This document shows positions 20,185 to 30,528 of a stretch of DNA of 64,000 nucleotides, piece after piece. The notes under the pieces are model-generated. The model saw only the letters and a list, made by a program, of their open reading frames with translations. It was not told where the DNA came from and did no database searches. Source of the stretch: Verrucomicrobiia bacterium. Its GTDB lineage: Bacteria; Verrucomicrobiota; Verrucomicrobiia; Palsa-1439. A program made the position numbers and the translations under genes. The stretch covers positions 233,236 through 297,235 of the forward strand of contig JAJVHY010000012.1 of NCBI GenBank assembly GCA_022072455.1, read 5' to 3'. The stretch's first letter is position 1, and the number at the start of each line of letters is the position of its first letter.

Positions 20185-21246
20185 TCACAACAACTTCCGG
20201 TACTTCGCCTGCGTCGCCAACTGTTTAACCACCTCGCGCACGCGCTGACTGTCGGCCTTCCGGCACACCAACGTGGCGTCGCCGGTCTGGACAATCACCA
20301 AATCACTGACCCCAACTGCCGTGATGATCTTGCCGGTGTCGTTGACGATGACGCAATTCTTGGCATCCACGCCGACAAACTCCCCGCGCGTCGCGTTACC
20401 GGCGTCGTCTTTCACTTGGTGCCGTTCAATCGCCGCCCAATCACCCACGTCGTCCCAAGCAAAATCACCCTTTGCGACGACGACATTGCCGGCTTTCTCC
20501 ATCACGGCGTAATCAATCGAAATCTTCGTCATCTTCGCGAACTCGCGTTTCAATACGCGCGTAAACGCCGGCGTACCGACCGCCGCCTGAATCGCCCGGC
20601 AACCCGCGGCAATGTCTGGTTGATGTTTTGCGAGCGCTTCGCTGATCGCCCCGACCGACCACACGAACATGCCGGCATTCCAAAGGTATTCGCCGCTGGC
20701 GAGAAACTGTTCCGCCGTCGCCCGGTCGGGTTTCTCGACGAACCGTTTCGCGCGTGAAATCCGCCCGGTAATCGACTCCCCGAGTTGCACATAGCCATAG
20801 CCGGTATGCGGTGACGCCGGTTGAATTCCGATCGTGATGAGCACGTTCTCGCGGACGGCATATTCGAGTGCATCTTTCACCACCCGCCGGTATTGCGCCA
20901 TATCCGGGATATACGAGTCCGCCGGTACGACCACCATGACGGCACTCGGGTCGTGTTTTCCAATGATCGCGGCAGCGAGTCCCACGCAGGGTGCCGTGTT
21001 GCGGCCAACCGGCTCGGCAATGATGTGTTTGACCTTGGGGAGTTGTTTGCGGACGAGTGGAACTTGATCCGCTGTCGTAACGACCACCATCCGCGACGGC
21101 GCCACCACGCCCCGCAACCGCGCGACGGTCTGCTGAATCATCGTCCGTTTTCCGACAATGGAAAGCAGTTGTTTGGGCCGGGTCCGTCGGCTCATCGGCC
21201 AAAACCGTTCACCAACCCCGCCGGCCATGATGACCGCCCAATTCAT
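20185..21246 (-). CDS. manC: mannose-1-phosphate guanylyltransferase (GDP-mannose pyrophosphorylase)
   Basis: AVIMAGGVGERFWPMSR...PKQLL nucleotidyltransferase motif, and a size of 353 aa. Confidence 0.85.
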   Translation of the reverse strand: MNWAVIMAGGVGERFWPMSRRTRPKQLLSIVGKRTMIQQTVARLRGVVAPSRMVVVTTADQVPLVRKQLPKVKHIIAEPVGRNTAPCVGLAAAIIGKHDPSAVMVVVPADSYIPDMAQYRRVVKDALEYAVRENVLITIGIQPASPHTGYGYVQLGESITGRISRAKRFVEKPDRATAEQFLASGEYLWNAGMFVWSVGAISEALAKHQPDIAAGCRAIQAAVGTPAFTRVLKREFAKMTKISIDYAVMEKAGNVVVAKGDFAWDDVGDWAAIERHQVKDDAGNATRGEFVGVDAKNCVIVNDTGKIITAVGVSDLVIVQTGDATLVCRKADSQRVREVVKQLATQAKYRKLL

Positions 21247-22034
21247 CGTTTGACCTCTTTGATCAGCGGCGCGACGAAGCGGGCGACCTTTTTGGCGTCG
21301 CGGCCATTCTGGGCGATTTGATTGACGATGGCGCTGCCGACAACACAGGCGTCGCCATCCATCGCCACCGCGCGCGCTTGTTTTGGATTGGAAATGCCGA
21401 AACCAATCGCGACCGGCAACTTCGAGTACTGGCGAATCACAGCGACTCGGTCACGAATCGTTGTCGCCACTTTCGACTGCATGCCGGTCACCCCTTCCCG
21501 GGAAATGTAATAGATGAATCCCCCAGCCTGTTTGACCAACGTGCGGATGCGGTTCGTCGGCGTCGTCGGCGCAATGAGGACAATTGGATGCACGCCGGCC
21601 TTCGTCAACGTCTGCTGAAACGCCGCGCCCTCTTCGGGCGGCAAGTCGAGCGTCAGCACCCCATCAACCCCGGCCCGGCAGGCTTCCTTGGCAAAGTTCT
21701 TCACGCCATACCGATGCACGAGGTTGAAATAGATATAGAATACGATTGGAATTTCGCAGCCCTGCCGGCGCAGGTTACGGACGAGATCGAGCACCCCGCG
21801 CAACGTCGTCCCCGACTTCAACGCACGTTCGGCTGCGAGCTGGTTCACAACGCCGTCTGCGAGCGGATCGCTGAACGGCACCCCGAGTTCGAGCACGTCC
21901 ACGCCGATGCGTTCGAACTCGCGCGCCAACGCGCCGGTCTGTTTCAGATTCGGATCGCCCGCCGCAATGTAGGCAACAAACCCTTTTTTCCCGAGGGTGC
22001 GCAGAGCGCGAAACTTTTGGTCAATACGATTCAC
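21243..22034 (-). CDS. trpA: tryptophan synthase alpha subunit
   Basis: FVAYIAAGDP, ELGVPFSDPLADG, and GFGIS motifs. Confidence 0.9.
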   Translation of the reverse strand: MNRIDQKFRALRTLGKKGFVAYIAAGDPNLKQTGALAREFERIGVDVLELGVPFSDPLADGVVNQLAAERALKSGTTLRGVLDLVRNLRRQGCEIPIVFYIYFNLVHRYGVKNFAKEACRAGVDGVLTLDLPPEEGAAFQQTLTKAGVHPIVLIAPTTPTNRIRTLVKQAGGFIYYISREGVTGMQSKVATTIRDRVAVIRQYSKLPVAIGFGISNPKQARAVAMDGDACVVGSAIVNQIAQNGRDAKKVARFVAPLIKEVKR

Positions 22035-22752
22035 AAGTGTTGCGTTCGTAAATAAACCGCAGCCCTTCGAGGGTCAACAATGGATTCACGTACTGAATCT
22101 CCGGCAACTTCCTCGCAATCAACTCGCCGTATCCGCCGGTCGCCACCACCACGGCGCGGCGCATCCCGGGTTCCCGCCGCAGACCCGCCAGGATCTCTTT
22201 CACCAATCCGCGATACCCCACGACCGCGCCCACCATCATCGCCCCGACCGTGCTTTTCCCGACCAGCGAACGCGGTTCAGTCAAATCAATGCGCGGCAAC
22301 AACGCCGTGCGCTCATAAAGGTAATCCGTCATCGCTGCCAATCCCGGCGCGATCACGCCCCCGATGTACTCACGATGCGGGTTCACGATATCGAACACCA
22401 ACGCCGTCCCAAACCCGACCACGATGGCCGGAGCGCCGTACAAATTGACCACGCCCACCGCATTCGCCAACCGGTCCGCGCCGATCTCCTGCGGTTTCGG
22501 ATACCGGATCCCCACCCCAAGATTCGTGCGCGCGTTCACCATGATGGGCTTGACCGGCAACCACGCGCGCAACTTCTTCGTCGCCGCCGGCACCACCGAC
22601 GACAACACCGCGCCCTCATACCGGCCCACGGCGTGTGGAATCCCGGCCAACTTTGCGGTCGGCACCACCATCACGCTCTTAATCCGCCGGCCATCCGTGA
22701 TCGCGAACCGCGCATTCGTATTCCCGACTTCAATCAATAAAATCCGCTTCAT
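22021..22752 (-). CDS. coaX: type III pantothenate kinase
   Basis: LLIEVGNTNARFA N-terminal motif and GTALVFD. Confidence 0.85.
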   Translation of the reverse strand: MKRILLIEVGNTNARFAITDGRRIKSVMVVPTAKLAGIPHAVGRYEGAVLSSVVPAATKKLRAWLPVKPIMVNARTNLGVGIRYPKPQEIGADRLANAVGVVNLYGAPAIVVGFGTALVFDIVNPHREYIGGVIAPGLAAMTDYLYERTALLPRIDLTEPRSLVGKSTVGAMMVGAVVGYRGLVKEILAGLRREPGMRRAVVVATGGYGELIARKLPEIQYVNPLLTLEGLRFIYERNTCESY

Positions 22753-23624
22753 TCCCGCTCCAAAGTCAAATCCGCTCCGACGATCCGCTCGATCTTCCCA
22801 CTATCCCGCCGAATCAACAATGCCCCATCTTCATCCAACGCCTGCGCATGTCCCTCGATCCGCCGGTCCCCCATCCGGATCGCGATTTGTTTCCCCACCG
22901 TCGTACACAACCGCGCCCACTCCGTCGAGATCCGCGCAAAATCCTCGTCCGCCTGCCGGTACAATTCATCCAATTCCTGCAACAACTCCGCCGCCAACCC
23001 TGGTCGGTCCTCCGTCACCAGCGAAGTCGCGTGCAGTTCCGCCGGTAAATCTTTTGCCTGACAATTCACATTCACCCCAATCCCCAAGATCGCCACCCCA
23101 TCGCGCGCCTCCGTCAGAATACCGGCCAACTTCCGGCCATGCAACGTCACATCATTGGGCCACTTGATCCGCGCCTCCTTGCCGGCCACGCGCGCCACCG
23201 CCACGCTGGCCGCCACCGTCAACCGCGTCAACGGAAACCGGGGCCGCAGCAATACCGAAAACCACAACCCCTTCCCGCGCGGCGAACTCCAGACCCGCCC
23301 ATGCCGGCCGCGCCCCTTCGTCTGCGACTCGGCAAACACCACCAACCCTTCCCCGCGGTGCCCATCGGCCAGGCGCGCCACGACATCATTCGTCGAAGCC
23401 GTCTCCTCAAACACCAAAATTTCCTTCCCGATCATCTGGGTTTTGAGCCGCGCCCGCAAATCATCCGCGATCAACCGATCCGGCGACTCCACCAGCCGGT
23501 ACCCCAAGTGGGCCCGCTGCTCGACCACATAACCGAGCTGCCGTAACTCCGCTAACACCGCCGCCGGCAGTTTCGTCACATACTCATGCCGGTAGAGTTG
23601 CGCTAGCGCTTCAGTCAGATTCAT
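22749..23624 (-). CDS. birA: biotin--[acetyl-CoA-carboxylase] ligase BirA
   Basis: QTKGRGRHGRVWSSPRGKGLWFS biotin-binding motif. It has an N-terminal winged helix. Confidence 0.85.
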   Translation of the reverse strand: MNLTEALAQLYRHEYVTKLPAAVLAELRQLGYVVEQRAHLGYRLVESPDRLIADDLRARLKTQMIGKEILVFEETASTNDVVARLADGHRGEGLVVFAESQTKGRGRHGRVWSSPRGKGLWFSVLLRPRFPLTRLTVAASVAVARVAGKEARIKWPNDVTLHGRKLAGILTEARDGVAILGIGVNVNCQAKDLPAELHATSLVTEDRPGLAAELLQELDELYRQADEDFARISTEWARLCTTVGKQIAIRMGDRRIEGHAQALDEDGALLIRRDSGKIERIVGADLTLERE

Positions 23625-24055
23625 GTCGTCAACCGCTCGATTATCTCTTTTTCGCCCGGAAACTCCCGCAGTAATTTCGTCCGATCGCCCATTTCAAAAT
23701 CCTGAAAATCAAACCCCGGCGCGACCGTGCACCCGACCAAGGCAAATTCGCCGGTCACCGTCGCCCCAAACCACCGCCCCGCCGGCACGACCGCCTGCGG
23801 ATTACCGGCGCTCAACGCAATGCTCGGCGCGCCCAACACATGCACCGTCAACGGACTGCCGCCGTAGAAATGCCAGACTTCATCCGACTTGATCCGATGC
23901 AATCGCGAAACCGCCCCCGCCGGCAAGAGGAAGTAAATTGCCGTCGAGGCGGACCGGTTTCCGGTCATTGTCGTCGCCCGGTAAGTCTCCCGGTAAAAGC
24001 CGCCTTCGGGATGTTTCACCAGTTTCAGTTTCTTGATCCAATCTTGGGCGGTCAT
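23621..24055 (-). CDS. cupin-fold protein (DUF985-like)
   Basis: HPEGGFYRETYR...WHFYGG is typical of DUF985 cupins. Confidence 0.6.
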   Translation of the reverse strand: MTAQDWIKKLKLVKHPEGGFYRETYRATTMTGNRSASTAIYFLLPAGAVSRLHRIKSDEVWHFYGGSPLTVHVLGAPSIALSAGNPQAVVPAGRWFGATVTGEFALVGCTVAPGFDFQDFEMGDRTKLLREFPGEKEIIERLTT

Positions 24056-24897
24056 TGGGGCGGCTCGCGCACGATCAGGAATGGCCGGACGCGCTCCAAC
24101 AATTTCGGTCCCATGCCGTTGACGCGGAGTACATCGTCGACGCTCTTGTAAGGTCGGCCGGCAATGATCGCGGTGGCGAGTTTTGGGCCGATGCCGCTGA
24201 TGGTCTGCAACTCGCGCGCGGTGGCGGTATTGAGATCAACACTGGCCGGTTCAACGTTCTTGCCGGCGGATTCGCGGAGGAGTTCTTTGAGTTCTTGGTC
24301 ATCTTCGCGCTGGAGCGCGCGGAGCCTTTCGATTTCCTTCGGATCGGTCGCGGCCCACGCACCCTTGTGTTGGCGCATTGCTTCGAGTTCGAGGCGTTGC
24401 AACTCCTTGTAGGTCTCCAGTGTTTTCTCGCCGTTGGGGCCGGTGCGTTTTGCGCCGTAGGCCCGGGCGTGACCGTTCTCGACCAGCAAGCGCGCGAGGT
24501 CTTGACCGGAAGCGGTGATGACAAAGGCATAGACGCGCCCGCCCGGCGAGCGGCCGAGCGCGCTGGCAAATGCGGTGTAGACCGTGAACGGTTTGCACAA
24601 CGCTTCTTCGGTAAATTTCTTCGCTTCCCGACCAAACTCGAAAACCTTCTTGGCGTCGGTAATGCCGTAGTACCGGGCTTGTTCACGCACGCGCTTGGCA
24701 TCGGCATCCGTCGTCGCGACCGACTCCGGGCAGTCCACGAAATAGAGGCGGAGATGCATATGGCGTTTACCGGCTTCGACGACAAAACTGTCGCCATCGT
24801 TGGACGGATTCTCAACGAGCCGCACATCGGTGAATTTCTCCAACTCGAGCGCAAACCCATGGACGGTGAGGAGCAACAAAATGAACAGGATTCTCAC
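24052..24897 (-). CDS. secreted thermonuclease (SNase-like) fused to a ComEA-type helix-hairpin-helix domain
   Basis: Signal peptide, SNase core (DGDSF...LYFVDCPE), and C-terminal VDLNTATARELQTISGIGPKLATAII HhH. Confidence 0.65.
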   Translation of the reverse strand: MRILFILLLLTVHGFALELEKFTDVRLVENPSNDGDSFVVEAGKRHMHLRLYFVDCPESVATTDADAKRVREQARYYGITDAKKVFEFGREAKKFTEEALCKPFTVYTAFASALGRSPGGRVYAFVITASGQDLARLLVENGHARAYGAKRTGPNGEKTLETYKELQRLELEAMRQHKGAWAATDPKEIERLRALQREDDQELKELLRESAGKNVEPASVDLNTATARELQTISGIGPKLATAIIAGRPYKSVDDVLRVNGMGPKLLERVRPFLIVREPPQ

Positions 24898-25735
24898 GGC
24901 AGCACCTCCAACGATAAATCCACGGCCCGCGCGGAATGCGTCAAGGCGCCGACGCTGATGTAGTCCACGCCAGTTTCGGCAATCTGACGCACCGTCGCCA
25001 CCCGCACGCCACCGCTGGCTTCCAGTTTGGCGCGCCCGGCCACCAACTCGACGGCGTCCCGAAGTTCGTCGAGCGTCATGTTGTCGAGCAGGATGTGATT
25101 GGCACCCGCCGCGACCGCCCGCTCCACGTCCGTCAACGTATCGGCTTCAATGATGACCGGTAGTTCGGGACGCTGGCGGCGAATGGCTGCGACGGCTTCT
25201 GCCAAAGCCGCCGACCCACGCGCATCGAGAATCGCCCGGTGATTGTCTTTGATCATCACTGCGTCGAACAACCCCAGCCGGTGATTCGTGCCGCCGCCGA
25301 TCGCGACTGCGTATTTTTCCAACACGCGCAACGTTGGCGTCGTTTTCCGCGTGTCGAGGATCTCCGCCTTCGTGCCGGCAATCGTAGCGACGAATTGCCG
25401 GGTGAGCGTGGCGACACCGGAGAGGCGTTGGAGAAAATTGAGCGCGGTGCGTTCGCCGGTCAGAATCGCGCGGGTCGGGCCGGTGATCTCGCAGATGCGT
25501 TGGCCGGTATCCGTGAGTTCGCCTTCGAGGACCAAGGTCGTGAGTCGCGCCCCGAGTTCGTTGAAGACTGCTTTCGCCAACGGCAAACCGGCAATGACAC
25601 AGGGTTCTTTGGCGATGATGTGCGCCGTGCCGCGCCGATCGGCCGGCACCGTGAACTCCGTCGTCACGTCACCGCCGCCGACGTCCTCGGCGAGGGCCGC
25701 GCGCACCAGATTCTGAATGAGTTCGGCCGGCAAAT

Positions 25736-25739
<4 letters not shown>
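24894..25739 (-). CDS. nadC: nicotinate-nucleotide pyrophosphorylase (carboxylating)
   Basis: [19 protein letters not shown] and IKDNH motifs. Confidence 0.9.
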
Positions 25740-27784
<2,045 letters not shown>

Positions 27785-27796
27785 TGCCGGCAGAGC

Positions 27797-28570
27797 TTAC
27801 AGTGTCTCCAGTAGCCAATCCACTGTCTCGCCGATCACGCGCTGTTCCCAAATGTGTTTGCGAAACGGATGATCGGCGCCGGGAACGAGCACTTTTTTCA
27901 CGATGCGTTTGTGGTGGAGCAGCGTCTTCTCGTACATGTCGGAGTGCTGATGCGGTACGGTCGCGTCGCGGGTGCCGTGGACGAGCAAGACCGGGCAGCG
28001 GGTTTTCACGATTTCGCGCAACGGCCGCATCTCCGCGAATTGCCGGATGAAACCGACGCCCACCAGGTTGCCGTCGTGATCCGTGATGCCGGTCTGCGCG
28101 AGGGAGGCCACCGCTTCGGGGGTGGAGAGATTATCGAGGATCCCGGCCCCTTCGGCGACCGGTGCCCAGAGCGTCATAGTTTTGAAGCGCGTGCGTTCCC
28201 GGCCCACGACCATGGCGGCGACAGCCGCCCCCATGCTCATCCCAACGAGGGCTAACCGGCGGGAGTTGATCCGGCGGTGCCGAGCCAGATAGCGGAGCGC
28301 TTCCAAGGCATCGGCGACTTGCGAGCGGATGGTCAGATCTTCGGAATCACCGGCACTATCGCCCGAACCGCGAAAGTCGAACCGCAAACTGGCGATGCCA
28401 TGGTCGGCCAATTTGCGGGAAAGTTTGACGAACATGCGATGGGTTTCGGATTTCGTGCCGGTAAAACCGTGCAGCAGCAGCGCGGCCGGGGCACGCCCAC
28501 GGCCGTTCGGCAGGTGGAGCATGCCGACGATTTGCTGGCCTTTTGAGTCGAAGACAACAGGCGTTTCCAT
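27797..28570 (-). CDS. alpha/beta hydrolase
   Basis: GMSMGA nucleophile elbow. Size is 257 aa. Confidence 0.7.
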   Translation of the reverse strand: METPVVFDSKGQQIVGMLHLPNGRGRAPAALLLHGFTGTKSETHRMFVKLSRKLADHGIASLRFDFRGSGDSAGDSEDLTIRSQVADALEALRYLARHRRINSRRLALVGMSMGAAVAAMVVGRERTRFKTMTLWAPVAEGAGILDNLSTPEAVASLAQTGITDHDGNLVGVGFIRQFAEMRPLREIVKTRCPVLLVHGTRDATVPHQHSDMYEKTLLHHKRIVKKVLVPGADHPFRKHIWEQRVIGETVDWLLETL

Positions 28571-28608
28571 GGGATGGCAGTTTAGGGTTGAATGTTCCGA
28601 GTTGAAAG

Positions 28609-29427
28609 TTGAAAAGAATCTTTATGCCAATTGAATGCGATTATCACATGCACACCCCGTTGTGTCAGCACGCGGCGGGGCCGATGGAAGCGTACGTGGA
28701 ACGAGGCATTGAACTCGGGTTGAAGGAAATCGGGTTTTCCGATCACAATCCCCTGCCGGAGGGCCGCGGTGCGAAGGTGCGGATGTTGGAATCGGAACTC
28801 GAGTATTACGTGAACCGCGTGCAGGAGCTGCAGTTTCAGTACCGGGGTAAGATCGTGGTGCGGCTCGGGCTGGAATTGGATTTTGTCGAGGGATTGGAAG
28901 ATTATCTCGCCGCACAGATTGCCCGGTATCCATGGGATTACATCATCGGGTCCGTGCATTATTTCGACCGGGCCTGCGAGATCGGGTCGTGGACACGGAT
29001 GTACCCCGGCACGGCCGACCAGCAGTGGATCCGGTATGGCGAGCAAGTGAAGAAACTCGCCCGCAGTGGTTTGTGCGACATCATCGCGCATCTCGATGTC
29101 GTGAAACGTTCGACCAAACAGCCGAGTTCAGCCGGTTTGGATGCGCTTACCGGCGCGTTGGAAGAGATTGCTCGGGTCGGGGTGTGCATGGAGATCAACA
29201 CATCCGGCTACCGGCACAAAGAATTGAATACGCCGCAGCCGTACCCGAACCTGGCGTTTGTCGAACAGGCGCTGAAGCTGGGCATTCCCTTGACGGTGAA
29301 TTCGGACTCCCACGCGCCGGATCAGGTGGGGACAATGTTCCCAAAGATCGAGGAGTTTCTGCGGTTGCGCGGTGGCCGGCAATTATGCCGGTTTGAGAAA
29401 CGGCAGCGCAGTTTCTATGCGCTTTAG
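28609..29427 (+). CDS. hisK: histidinol-phosphatase, PHP family
   Basis: DYHMHTPLCQHA and GFSDHNPLP PHP metal motifs. Confidence 0.8.
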   Translation: MKRIFMPIECDYHMHTPLCQHAAGPMEAYVERGIELGLKEIGFSDHNPLPEGRGAKVRMLESELEYYVNRVQELQFQYRGKIVVRLGLELDFVEGLEDYLAAQIARYPWDYIIGSVHYFDRACEIGSWTRMYPGTADQQWIRYGEQVKKLARSGLCDIIAHLDVVKRSTKQPSSAGLDALTGALEEIARVGVCMEINTSGYRHKELNTPQPYPNLAFVEQALKLGIPLTVNSDSHAPDQVGTMFPKIEEFLRLRGGRQLCRFEKRQRSFYAL

Positions 29428-29885
29428 CCGGCCGCCGGCTCGGGCCGGAACGTCGTGACCACCATATAGATTCCGACACCGACGCAGATCGCACTGTCAG
29501 CAATGTTGAAGGCCGGCCAGTGATAGGATTTGACGTAGAAATCGAGAAAGTCCACCACGTGACCGTACCGGAAGCGGTCGGTGACATTACCCAAGATCCC
29601 GCCGGCAATCAGGCCGAACGCGATCTGACAACTGGGCCGGTGAATCTGAAAAGATTTCCGAAAGACGAACAAGCCAATCAACGTCGCGATGGAGATGATG
29701 GCCAGTACCATGTTCGAATCGTGAAACAGCCCCCACGCGGCACCAGAGTTACCCCAATTGACAAGTCGGAAAAAACCGGGGATGACCACGACCGGATAGT
29801 TGGGGTCAACCGTGTGCAAAATGGCAAGTTTGGAGAGCTGGTCGAGGACCGCGATCAGGATGGCGATGGGAACGAGCCGCCTCAA
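29424..29885 (-). CDS. lspA: lipoprotein signal peptidase II
   Basis: LVNWGNSGAAWG and FNIADSAI motifs. It has four TM segments. Confidence 0.9.
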   Translation of the reverse strand: MRRLVPIAILIAVLDQLSKLAILHTVDPNYPVVVIPGFFRLVNWGNSGAAWGLFHDSNMVLAIISIATLIGLFVFRKSFQIHRPSCQIAFGLIAGGILGNVTDRFRYGHVVDFLDFYVKSYHWPAFNIADSAICVGVGIYMVVTTFRPEPAAG

Positions 29886-30525
29886 TCCTTATCCTCGGAC
29901 TCTTCCTTTTCGTCCGCCTCGTCGGCGGCATCGCCGAACACCGCCGTGGTTTGCATCGGCCGGCGGCGATCCTTCTCGATCAAGGATTGGCATTGTACAC
30001 AGTTCTTTGCAAACGGCACGGCTTCGAGACGTTCCTTGCGAATCGGTTTCTCGCACATTTCGCAGATGCCAAACGTGCCGGCTTCGAGGCGCTTGAGGGA
30101 TTCTTCAATCTCGTAGAGGGCTTCCTGCTCATTCGAGACGAGGCTCAACGCAAATTCGCGGTCGAAATTATCAGTGCCGGCATCGGCCATGTGCATGCTG
30201 TAGCCGCTCAACTCACCGGACGTGTCGCGCGCGGTCCGCTTGAGATTGTCACTCGCCAAAAAGTTCACGCCATCAATCAAATGATCGCGGAGTTCAACCA
30301 GCAAGCGCTTGTATTTCGCGGCGTCGCCTTGGGAAAGTTTCAGCTTCTTCGGCTCCACGAAGACGTCTTCCGCCGGTAACACCGGCGCCTTGACGGGCTT
30401 GGTCGGTTTGACCGGCTTGACCACCTTGGCGGCTTTGGTCTTCGGCGCGGGCTTGGCTTTAGCTTTGGCTTTGGCTTTGGCTTTGACTGGTTTGGTCGGC
30501 TTCTTGGCTTTGGTTTTCTTCATGA
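29882..30525 (-). CDS. DksA/TraR-family C4 zinc-finger protein with a Lys/Ala-rich histone-like N-terminal tail
   Basis: CEMCEKPI...CVQC zinc finger at the C-terminus. The N-terminus is KKTKAKKPTKPVKAKAKAKAKAKPAPKTKAAKVVKPVKP. It lies between ileS and lspA. Confidence 0.7.
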
Positions 30526-30528
30526 CAC

